A DNA stretch of 64,000 nucleotides, from positions 97,252 to 161,251 of the forward strand of contig CBFFRQ010000048.1 in assembly GCA_965644315.1 (NCBI GenBank), written 5' to 3'. This DNA is from Caecitellus pseudoparvulus. Taxonomy: Eukaryota; Protista; Bigyra: Bicosoecida. Below, in pieces: positions 21,901 to 30,230 of this stretch. The notes under the pieces are model-generated. The model had not been told where the DNA came from, ran no database searches, and saw only the letters and a program-made list of their open reading frames with translations. Position 1 is the stretch's first letter. Each line of letters opens with the position of its first letter. Both the position numbers and the translations under genes were made by a program.

Positions 21901-23906
21901 GCTTTGCTAACTTGACTGGGGTGTTGGCGGAAGCGGCTCGCTCCTTGCATGCGCTACACTTGAGCAAGGAGGCCTTCCAGGGCACACAAGGGGGCGTGCC
22001 CCCTGCGTCGGTGCGTGTGCTGGGGCAAGCGACAGGTCCGCTGCTTGATCTGCTCCAGGAAGCAGTGGACACGCTGGAAGCACTGCAAGCAGTGTTCGAC
22101 TCTGTGGAGTACCCAGACCGTACTCCTTTGCTTCAATGGCGCGAGCACAGTGCAGAGTCTGACGCTGCAGCTGTAGAAGCGGAGGGAGGTGTCGACGGGC
22201 ACGGCGTGGGGAGTGCTGCGTCGCCGCCTGCTCCTCCTCCCCGACTTACAGCAAAGGCGTTGCATGATGTGACCCCATTCTCAACTCCAGAGGAGTGTGA
22301 CGTGGAGCGGGCCCCATTCGAGGATGCTGTTGCGGTGCACCGGCTGTTCCGCGGCCTCGCTCGGCTGGTGCAAGGTCTGGGAGACTTTGTGCAGGCTGTG
22401 GCTGCGACGGCGTTCCTCGGTCCACACATCGTGTGTCTGACACACCCACGCCTTCCACACACCTTGACTGCTGGCTTGCTCGTCGTGCAGGAGCACCTGG
22501 CTCAGATGCTCCAGCTTCCCCACGCGCTGGAGATTTCGTGGGGCAGTGCATGCTCCGCACTGCAGGTCGCTTCTTCCTTGCTCGGCTGCGCGAGGAGCAT
22601 CATGGACGTTGTGCCCTCTGATGTGTCTGTCTTCCGTGATCATGCCCCTGCAGGCCATGTCAGCCAAGGGTTCCTGTTGCAGGCAGTCATGGCCAGGCTT
22701 CATGCGGGTGCGCTGCAAGCGGCGTGGAGCGCGTGGCACGTGTTGCACGTTTCCGGCGGCCCGCAGGCCATGGCAGGGGACGTGTGCCTAGAGGAGGGGG
22801 ATATCTCAGATCCACCGCCGTATCCCTGTCAGCCCGAGACACTGCCACCTTGGCGCGTGCCGCCAGGCTCCGCTTCTGCAGGTGTTCTCGGCGGGGTGTC
22901 TGGTTTGTCCCGGCGGGAGGCGGCGTTGGGGGCCGCTGTGTCCCTGCTCCACCTAGCGGACGGCACACAGGGGGATGCGTCTATCCTGGGGGTGGACGTT
23001 GAAGGCACGGCGCTGCGGTATGCTGCGTCTGACTCGGCCGCACATGCGTCCCCCACCCCCGCAGTGGCGGCGGCCAGTCATGCAGCGTGGGATACCGTTG
23101 CCGCTGCCGCACAGGCGCTGACGAAGGTGCAGGTGGGTGTGGAGTACGTCCAGGCACAGGTTCGGGCGGGGGCTGCAGTGCCGGAGCCCACCAGTGCTAG
23201 TGCGTGGCTGGGACCCCTCTTGCGACCGGAGCAACTCTGCGAGGATGCGGCGGAGGCGCTGCCTGGCGGCCTCACCTCCATGTCCCTGTTGTACGCCGGT
23301 GTGCAGATGCACGAGGCCATGTTCCGAGTGGGGCTGGCGGCGCAGAACACGTCGGTCGCACCGCCCCCCCCAGCCGGACCGCCGCCCCCCGTTCTCGGCA
23401 CTTCGCTCTTGCTGCGTGCGGCGGCCAGCCACAGCGCTGAAGGCGCCCCCATTTCGGCCCTTTTCCTCCCAGAGCTCATGCCTGGCGCTGCGTGGGAGCT
23501 GGAGCAGGAGAAAGCACTGGGACCTGCCCGTGGCAGCGTGCGCAGCCTGCGGTCCACCCCCTCCATGCGCCTGGCTCACTTGCCCACCGCGTCCGCGAGC
23601 TCCATGAGTGCTGAGGGCCCGGGACCTCCCAGCCACGCCAAGCTCCTGCGCATGGGCAAGCTTTTGTGGCAGGACCTGACGTCAACCGTGCGCCGCTTGC
23701 TGGTGTCACGGCAGCGCGTGGTTGGGCTGCACGACTCCGAGGGTGTGGACCCCGCAGCGCTCGTGAAGGGGGCGCATTCTCGTGCCCATGCACACCACGT
23801 CATTGCTGCTTCCACGACAGGCCTGGTGGAGGTGCTGGAGTCCATGGTGGGAGTGCTCGCGTCCTCAGTGCCGCTGGAGGAGCAAGGCCAGTCAACTGCC
23901 CACTAG
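18999..23906 (+). CDS. Large Ala/Leu-rich protein of unknown function, probably alpha-solenoid
   Basis: ~4.9 kb stop-free frame with amphipathic helical periodicity; no recognisable motif; start uncertain. Confidence 0.7.
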   Translation: MAAVSAPLAEASALLARGLPALVRQDMLQLTQACRRFVHGWLSKGAGCMEGMTTATTVQHVMQGVRASLRLCVRGWWEAASVAATASAQHLVTACAKEHRVLVDTLLLCITCMCSDAALADAFVAVGGVGVVASALRTAVFEAELVLQAPWLAMSCSPSQLVRGSPDAIIAPIITLSERSASRHTFFLPSSASAPVAVRLAAQSAGVTGTLHRSLVALQALLSGDQGAAFVVEHADSSLHAGRARLEVLQAAHRAVNAARGALSGGVPKSAGMAGPLAQAPESEKGVSDSESEVSHAQGAPVWVFPDGQSRYMRDPVRLSSQEAVHAPKRVPARLGPGSESWTWSPVRCPMMAAPITLSPPDLLELLEGVEDVPEADLAAAKAAAKAHSLESTRASSGCCDLTLTLSRVVRLWHTAWNMPDMRCRLLRTPATVSVGQAPELPPDQGSNFRLGLQGVMMCATLAQSVPAFASDAQAAIPAEVDSVLRASCSFSAWLLTGASLHLPAAAAGVCYIPSWVGGEDLALVDQASHWRAVCCALADGAASSVSAATLALTLLSAICEAQGAPSQVPISTVLYAPTAVIVELLRTAVGEGRSLAGCHALLQSPLAAAALHVLASASSTWTGAWSMAATSVDTLCCSVLQVATDAHVGGGLGDTLEAAARHKELYDRIASRWSPGSPWQGSDLHAARDAHAAGMFTSITSAARQGGMRATWLLPAPPAAAQGLAQGGLGAMTGGATLASAMAAFLGSSVASWVVEGTRMLANYVRGSVSREGGLAQVATLPALRQWSPAVLPCLSAVQPGMAPLPRVLHVIHTLSNTAGTPEGAVSLAVASDSWLPGLLQSLELYMSLFQPGKAPADSFHLQAPLQPKRHRGVALGKAHVGEAVLDGVSSVLLSMSLLAPLTPPQGADHAQPWLFSESTSVLRAVVMVLSTAVPPSLARLRLMCKGARDGGLTVQFAAHAGCVLDSFANLTGVLAEAARSLHALHLSKEAFQGTQGGVPPASVRVLGQATGPLLDLLQEAVDTLEALQAVFDSVEYPDRTPLLQWREHSAESDAAAVEAEGGVDGHGVGSAASPPAPPPRLTAKALHDVTPFSTPEECDVERAPFEDAVAVHRLFRGLARLVQGLGDFVQAVAATAFLGPHIVCLTHPRLPHTLTAGLLVVQEHLAQMLQLPHALEISWGSACSALQVASSLLGCARSIMDVVPSDVSVFRDHAPAGHVSQGFLLQAVMARLHAGALQAAWSAWHVLHVSGGPQAMAGDVCLEEGDISDPPPYPCQPETLPPWRVPPGSASAGVLGGVSGLSRREAALGAAVSLLHLADGTQGDASILGVDVEGTALRYAASDSAAHASPTPAVAAASHAAWDTVAAAAQALTKVQVGVEYVQAQVRAGAAVPEPTSASAWLGPLLRPEQLCEDAAEALPGGLTSMSLLYAGVQMHEAMFRVGLAAQNTSVAPPPPAGPPPPVLGTSLLLRAAASHSAEGAPISALFLPELMPGAAWELEQEKALGPARGSVRSLRSTPSMRLAHLPTASASSMSAEGPGPPSHAKLLRMGKLLWQDLTSTVRRLLVSRQRVVGLHDSEGVDPAALVKGAHSRAHAHHVIAASTTGLVEVLESMVGVLASSVPLEEQGQSTAH

Positions 23907-24102
23907 CCACGTTCGACCCCCCCTCCACACACACAACCAATTCGACCACCACCTCAACCCGTCCCCTAAAAATGTAATTGTACGCGTCAAAACTTGCCCT
24001 GCATTGGGAGTGTGTGCTGCTGGCGTGGCGTCGTTTCTCCACTGCACAGGCGCGTTTCAAGCGAAACGTGCTCGAGCACTGCGTCGAGTTAGAGGCTTCA
24101 AG

Positions 24103-25792
24103 ATGACGCGCCTCACAGCAGAGCTTGTCCGCAAGAAGGCAGAACACCACGATGGCATTATTGGCGACCTTGAGGAGATCAGCCTGCACCAGCTGGAGCT
24201 GGAGAAGCTGGAAGTGATCGGCGAGCTTTGTCGCAAACTCCGCATTCTGTACCTGCAAAACAACATCATTCCCCGCATCGAGAACATTCACTACCTCAAA
24301 GACTTGCGGTACCTTAACATGGCCTTGAATAATGTGGAGCGCATTGAGGGCCTGCGGTGAGTCCCCGATCGCCGGCTGTGCCTGGTGTTGTCCGTTGGGA
24401 GGCAAAACGCCAGCGCACTCACGTTGCCCCTCGCACTCCAGGTCTTGTGAGTTCCTGGAGAAGTTGGACTTGACAGTGAACTTCATTGACCTGGACACCT
24501 TCGAGGAGAGCATCCAGCACCTGGCCCCGCTGTCCCATTTCAAGGAGCTCTTCCTCATGGGCAACCCGGCCATGGAGTGGGACTCGGCACGGGCCTTCAT
24601 CGTGGCGACGCTGCCCCAGCTGCAGCGCCTGGACGGCCAGGAAATCACTCGCACTGAGCGCATTAAGGCAGTGCAGGACCTGCCTCGGCTGACGCAGGAG
24701 CTGCGAGCCGCTGTGCCGGCAGCCAAGGCCCGCCGAGCTGAGAAGGAAGCCAAGGCCGTCGCAGCGGCGGCCGCCGGAGAGGAGTCGGCACCCTGGACCC
24801 CAGCCAGTCGAGTGGAGCTGTACCGAGAGGTGCAGGAACAGAAAGAAGAGGAAGCGCGGCGCAAGGCGGAGCTGGAGCCTCGCAAGCGCGATGCGGAGAA
24901 GGAGCACCGCGAGAAGCTGGCTGCCACCCGAGCTGCCGAGGGCAAGGGCAGCGCAGGGCCTGGCGACAGCGAGCCGTCAGTGCCGGCAGCCCAGGGCGGG
25001 GCCTCTTCCGTGCGCCCCGCACTTCCTCGCATGGCTAATGAGGGGCGCCTGGACTTCAAGCTGGAGGACGAGGATGGGCAGGGCAACAGCGTGCTCACCC
25101 TGCCCCTTCCGCGTTTCTTGGACTCGTCCCTCGTGGACGTGGATGTGCACCCCCTGTACGTGTCAGTGGTGGTGAAGAACAAGCTCTTTCGCCTGCACTG
25201 GCCTGAGGAGGTGCGGCCTGACGCAGGCTCGGCGCGGCGCTCCACTACCACGGGCGCCCTCGTCATCACAGTGCCCAAAGTGTCCCCCAAGGAGGGATAC
25301 ATGGCTCTGGTGCGCCGGGACAAGGCGGCAGCCAAGGCGGCAGCCAAGGCCAAGCGGGCCTCCGCACGTGGAGCCACCTTGGACACGCAAGCCGGCGTGT
25401 CAGGTGGGCCGCCGGTTCGCGGGGGTGGTGGCACTGTGATGGATTTTGCCATGGCAGCCGCATCCTCCGCTCGCAAATCCAGCGGCAAGGGCCGGAAGGG
25501 GTCCAAGAAGAGCAAAACACAGGGGGCAGGCAAAGGCTCCAAGTCGTCCAAAACCGTGTCGTTGGCGGGCTTGGTTCCAGGTGCGCCGGTGGTGGATGCA
25601 GGTGTGGGCCAGCTGCTCATGACCGCCACGGCCTCGCGACCACTTGCCGAGCCAGAGGCCCACAGTGCCGCCAGCGAGCCCACGCCAGCCATGCCCGGGT
25701 CTGATGCCAAGCCCCCAGCACCTCAGCTCATCGACGAGGCTGGGGGGGCGTTGGAAGTGAAGCCATCACCCGCTGTATCTGCCCTTGACTGA
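24103..25792 (+). CDS. DNAAF11: Dynein axonemal assembly factor 11 (LRRC6/tilB); intron 24357-24441
   Basis: MTRLTAELVRKKAEHHDG, LEEISLHQ, LRILYLQNNIIPRIEN, CEFLEKLDLTVNFI, LQRLDGQEITRTERIKAVQ, CS domain LPRFLDSSLVDVDVHP. Confidence 0.93.
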
Positions 25793-26231
25793 GCCATGTG
25801 TGTGGGGTGTGTTCATGCTTGTATGTGGTGCCGGGCGGGGCGTGGCGTTGGGCGAGGGGCGGCTGTGAGGGGAGCATTGAGCAGGGAGGTAGAGGGGCCC
25901 TGGCGTTCAGTTCCGCTTTCGGGTATGAAGGGGGTGGAGAGGCGGGCTCAGCGCACACTGTGAGCAGGTCGTGACAGCGGCAGTCCTGGCTTGTGCTGCG
26001 GCATGAAGGGAAGCACACCCTGCGGCAGCGGTCGTCAGGTGGATGGGGGGCAGGTCGCCGTTCGTCCTTGGCGTGAGTGCGAGTGGTCCTGGTTAGGCTG
26101 CACTTTGCGCATGTGGGGTGTGGAGAAGAAGAACGGTACGGGGTTGTGTCGAGTCAGGCGGGCGGGTGTGTGATCGGCTGGCATTGGGAAACAGGCGGCC
26201 ACTGCGCGGCGTGCAGGTCGTGTGAACGGTT

Positions 26232-26730
26232 CTCTGGAGGTCTGGGGAGCACGTGTCAGGCATATGGTGCTGAGGCATGCCGGCAAGCGTTGTTGGGCAG
26301 CCTGTGCTTGAGCTGGAACCTTGCGCGAATGGGGGGAGGACTGCTGGGTGTGTGACGGGCAGGTCAGGATGTTGATGTTTGATTCCAATTCAGGCAAGTG
26401 CAGCCATCGTGTCTTGTGATGCTTGGGTGTGCTTGGTCGAAGTGGTGCAGGAGTGCGGCGGCAGAGCGTGGCCGGCGCAGCCCACCTGAGCAGTGCGGTG
26501 CGCCGGTCAGTTCGAAGCCAGCTGCGCCGCCAGCGCAATCGCGCCGAAACGCAGCAGCGCCAGGCACGACACTGCCTTGGTTGCTTCAAAATCAGCATGC
26601 TCATCTTGCACTGCCATTGAGCATGTGGAAGCAGGTGCACTTAGTGTTTGGTGCTTGTGGTGCCTGTGGTGCCTGAGCAGCAGCGTTGGCTTGCAAGGGT
26701 GCGAGGTGCGGAATCTGGCTTCGCAGCGCC
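26232..26730 (+). repeat. Non-coding upstream block of ankyrin cluster 1; inverted paralog at 63472-64000
   Basis: tggggagcacgtgtcaggcatatggtgc, gggtgtgtgacgggcaggtcaggatgttga and gagtgcggcggcagagcgtggccggcgcagcccacctgagcagtgcggtgcgccggtc recur reverse-complemented at the window end. Confidence 0.9.
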
Positions 26731-27546
26731 ATGGGGGCTGCGAGCAGCTACGTGTTAGTGGTGGGACACACCCGAATTATATGTGCAGAGGAGGTGCCGG
26801 GTACATTTCTGGGCATGCTGGATTGGTGTGGGTGTGGTGTGCGTGCGGCGAAGGAAAGGATGTCAAGCAGGCTCACAACGGCTGGCTGCGTTGTAGCTTG
26901 CGAGGAAGGGCATGTGGAAGAGCTGCATGAGCTGCTGGAGCTGGAGGGGAGGGCTGCAGTAAATGTGCATTTCAGAGACGAGCATGGACCTGAGGCCTGC
27001 CTCCGACTTGCTTGTATAAACGGCCATGCTGATGTTCTGCGCGAACTGCTGGCGCTGACGGGAGATCGAGAAATGGATGTGCACGCTGACTTCAGGGGCG
27101 TTCCTGAGGCCTGCTTCCGGGCTGCTTGTGAGAATGGGCATGTAAATGTTCTGCGCGAGCTGCTGGCTCTGGCGGGTGACCGGGAGGTGGACGTGCACGC
27201 GGGGCCAGAGAACGAGCCTGAGCAAGGCTTCAGGTGGGCCTGTGAGAATGGGCATGTCGATGTAGTCCGGGCGCTGCTTGCGTTGACTGGGCATCGCGAA
27301 GTGGACGTGCACGCTGGGTGCGAAGGCAAGCCTGATGATTGCTTCCAGCTTGCCTGCACAAATGGGCATGTGAATGTTCTGCGTGAGCTGCTGGGCCTCA
27401 CGGGGCACCGGGCCATTCCCCTTCAGACCCGACTTGACGCTGGGCAGCTAGCGGTGCAGCCAGCCAAGGATGCTGTGTGGGGCGGCACCAGCACTCGACG
27501 TGGGCGGCGTGGCATGGTGCTGCTGCGGGCAGGTGCAGGGCGGTGA
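26731..27546 (+). CDS. Modular ankyrin-repeat protein A1 (type-A N-cap, 4 repeats, constant tail)
   Basis: Intronless; 38-aa repeats F/LxxACxNGHxxVxRELLALxGxREVDVHA; start chosen from the shared upstream motif gcggaaWctgg...cgccATG. Confidence 0.85.
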   Translation: MGAASSYVLVVGHTRIICAEEVPGTFLGMLDWCGCGVRAAKERMSSRLTTAGCVVACEEGHVEELHELLELEGRAAVNVHFRDEHGPEACLRLACINGHADVLRELLALTGDREMDVHADFRGVPEACFRAACENGHVNVLRELLALAGDREVDVHAGPENEPEQGFRWACENGHVDVVRALLALTGHREVDVHAGCEGKPDDCFQLACTNGHVNVLRELLGLTGHRAIPLQTRLDAGQLAVQPAKDAVWGGTSTRRGRRGMVLLRAGAGR

Positions 27547-27805
27547 TGGTGGCGTGCAGCGTGTGGTCTGGGCTGTGGCTTTGGTGGCGATGGGTGCCGT
27601 GAGGGCTGGTTGTGGCAGGGGGTGCGTGGGGCGTCCCATGCGGGGCAATGCAGCACAGTGGGTGGGGCAGGTCAAACTGTGGACGCCTGTAACAACAATA
27701 TTCTGCGACATGGGGACGATGGGATTCATACATGCAAGCTTTGCGTGGGATCGCCCCGTGCAGTGTTGAGTGTTGGTGTGGTGCGGAAACTGGATCCACC
27801 ACGCC
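27547..27805 (+). repeat. ~260-bp intergenic spacer of the ankyrin tandem unit (paralogs 28940-29197 and ~62387-62655 on -)
   Basis: Shared blocks ggttgtggcaRggggg, gcaatgcagcacagtggg, caggtcaaa, catgcaagctt, gtgcggaaactgg..ccaccacRccATG. Confidence 0.85.
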
Positions 27806-28939
27806 ATGGCAGATGACGGCAGTTGTGAGAGCTGGCTGGATCATTGGCGGGCAGGGTGCAGGGCGAAGGATGTGGAGTGTCTGTTGACACTGCTGGAGGA
27901 AGGATGTGGGTCGGGGAGGGCCAGTGTGGAGGCTCTTGGGCCGGATGATGTTGCGGAGGCAGCGAGAGTGGCCTGTGAGGTGGCTGAGGTTGACTTGTTG
28001 AGGCAGCTGTTCGGCTTGGTCGAGGACGGGGTGTGCGGTGAGCATGGTATTTTTGATGGAGCATTCCGAGCAGCATGTGAGGGTGGGCATACGGGCATAG
28101 TGCGCGAGCTGCTGGCTTTGAGCGGTGCTGCTGCGGTGGATGTACATGCCGGGCCGCCTGGCAAGCCCGAGTACTGCTTCACAGTTGCCTGCGAGAGGGG
28201 GTATGTCGGTGTGGTGCGAGAGCTGCTGGCTTTGACTGGGGACCAAGCTGTGGATGTGCATGCTGGGGATCGATATGGGCTGGAGCAAGGCTTCCGGCTT
28301 GCTTGTCAGAAAGGGCATATTAGCGTCGTGCGGGAGCTGTTGGCTTTGACCGGGGACCGAGAAGTAGACGTGCACGCTGGGCCTGAGGGCGAGCCTGAGG
28401 CTGGCTTCCGACTTGCCTGTGCAAATGGGCATGGGGGGGTTGTGCGCGAGCTGCTGGCGCTCAATGGTGAACGAGCCGTGAATGTGCATGTTGGGACTGA
28501 GCACGGCTTTCGGTGGGCATGTTGGAATGGGCATGTGGGGGTTGTGCGCGAACTGCTAGCTCTGACGGGTGACCGTGAGGTATATGTGCATGGAGGGATC
28601 AGTGGCGATACAGAGGAGGGGTTTCGCCTGGCCTGTAAGTATGGTCATATCGCTGTGGTGCGCGAGCTGCTGGCTTTGGGCGGGCATCGTGAGGTGGACG
28701 TTCATGCTGGGCCTGAGGGCAAGCCTGAGTTTGGGTTTAGGTGGGCATGTGCGAATGGACATGCTGATGTGGTGCGCGAGCTGCTAGGCCTCACGGGACA
28801 CCGGGCCGTTCCCCTCCAGGCCAGACTTGACGCTGGGCAGGTGGCTGTGCAGCCAGCTAAGGATGCCTCCTGGGCCGGCACCAGCACTCGACGTGGGCGG
28901 CGTGGCATGGTACTACTGCGGGCAGGTGCGGGAAGGTGA
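27806..28939 (+). CDS. Modular ankyrin-repeat protein B1 (type-B N-cap, 7 repeats, constant tail)
   Basis: MADDGSCESWLDHWRA..., seven FxxACxxG[HY] repeats, tail AVPLQARLDAGQVAVQPAKDASWAGTSTRRGRRGMVLLRAGAGR. Confidence 0.88.
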   Translation: MADDGSCESWLDHWRAGCRAKDVECLLTLLEEGCGSGRASVEALGPDDVAEAARVACEVAEVDLLRQLFGLVEDGVCGEHGIFDGAFRAACEGGHTGIVRELLALSGAAAVDVHAGPPGKPEYCFTVACERGYVGVVRELLALTGDQAVDVHAGDRYGLEQGFRLACQKGHISVVRELLALTGDREVDVHAGPEGEPEAGFRLACANGHGGVVRELLALNGERAVNVHVGTEHGFRWACWNGHVGVVRELLALTGDREVYVHGGISGDTEEGFRLACKYGHIAVVRELLALGGHREVDVHAGPEGKPEFGFRWACANGHADVVRELLGLTGHRAVPLQARLDAGQVAVQPAKDASWAGTSTRRGRRGMVLLRAGAGR

Positions 28940-29197
28940 TGGTGGCGTGCTTGATATCCTGCGGTCTGTGCCTGTGATGGTGATGGATACAGTGCGGGTT
29001 GGTTGTGGCAAGGGGGGTGAGTGTGGCGCCACAGTCAAGGCAATGCAGCACAGTGGGGGGACAGGTCAAAAAGTAGTTACCTGCGGAACAGCATGATGCG
29101 TGGCGTGGGGGACATCTTGGTGCATGCAAGCTTGATGTTGGGTCGCCTCAGGCAGTGAGGAGTTCTGGGAGTGTGCGGAAACTGGGCCCACCACACC

Positions 29198-29899
29198 ATG
29201 GCAGATGACGGCAGTTGGGAGAGCTGGCTGGATCGTTGGCGGGCAGCATGTGATGATGGTCAGGCGGATGTGCTGATGGGCATGTTGGAGGAGTGTGGAG
29301 GTGAAACAAGACTGGGGCTAGAAGGTTTGTCTAGCGCACACACAACGGCTGGTTTCATGGTCGCTTGTGAGGCAGGTCGTGTGGATTTGCTGCGTGGGTT
29401 GTTGGGGCTGGAGGGGAAACTTGCTGTGGATGTGCATGCTGACTTTGAGGGTGTGCCTGAGGGTGGCTTTGTGCTTGCCTGCGTGCATGGGCACGTTGGT
29501 GTGGTGCGCGAGCTTTTGGCTCTCAGTGGTGAGCGTGAGGTGGATGTGCAGGCACGATTCAGGGGCATGACTGATGTTGGCTTCCGAATGGCCTGTGGGA
29601 ATGGGCATGCCGAAGTAGTTCGTGAGCTGCTGGCTCTGAGCGGGCACCGCGAGGTGGATGTGCATGCTTGGGAATTGACCGGGCCCGATGCTGGCTTCCG
29701 GTTTGCCTGCCAGGGAGAGCACATTGATGTGGTGCGTGAGCTGCTGGGCCTCACTGGGCATCGAGCCATTCCCCTCCAGACACGACTTGATGCTGGGGAA
29801 GTGGCGGTGCAGCCAGCTAAAGATGCCTCCTGGGCCGGCACCAGCACTCGACGTGGGCGCGAGGCCGTAGTGCTGCTACGGGTTTCTCAGAGAGCCTAG
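29198..29899 (+). CDS. Modular ankyrin-repeat protein B2 (type-B N-cap, 3 repeats, constant tail)
   Basis: MADDGSWESWLDRWRAAC..., three repeats, same tail. Confidence 0.85.
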   Translation: MADDGSWESWLDRWRAACDDGQADVLMGMLEECGGETRLGLEGLSSAHTTAGFMVACEAGRVDLLRGLLGLEGKLAVDVHADFEGVPEGGFVLACVHGHVGVVRELLALSGEREVDVQARFRGMTDVGFRMACGNGHAEVVRELLALSGHREVDVHAWELTGPDAGFRFACQGEHIDVVRELLGLTGHRAIPLQTRLDAGEVAVQPAKDASWAGTSTRRGREAVVLLRVSQRA

Positions 29900-30216
29900 G
29901 GGTGGATGCAGCTTCAGACCGGCCCAATAGGGAAGCGTCCAAGCTGCGAGGAAGGCACAGAGCTGATGGGGTCTCGGCAATGCAGCACCAATGGTATGTT
30001 GCCATCGGAGGGCTTGGCGTTGGAGAGGTTGTACAGGAGGCAGAGTGGCCACGTGGAGCTTGAGCGCACGAGGAAGGTGCTCGGTTCTGAACGTTGGGCG
30101 ATGAGGGGAGTGCATGCTGCAACAAACACATGGTGGGAATGCAGCTGTGCAGCGTGGAATCCCACCTTTGTCATGTGGGACGCCTGCAGTGTCTGAGCCA
30201 TGCACGCTGCGCAGGC

Positions 30217-30224
30217 AGTGCATT
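30217..30224. terminator. Putative 3'-end signal AGTGCATT
   Basis: Reads AATGCA on the minus strand just past the SSSCA1-like stop and AGTGCA on the plus strand. Confidence 0.45.
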
Positions 30225-30230
30225 TGGACT

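Noticed and set aside
25793-30230. Ankyrin clusters as an autonomous transposon, provirus or diversity-generating retroelement
   Set aside because: No transposase, integrase, RT, capsid or polB ORF, no TIR/LTR/TSD, and no template/variable repeat pair differing only at adenines.
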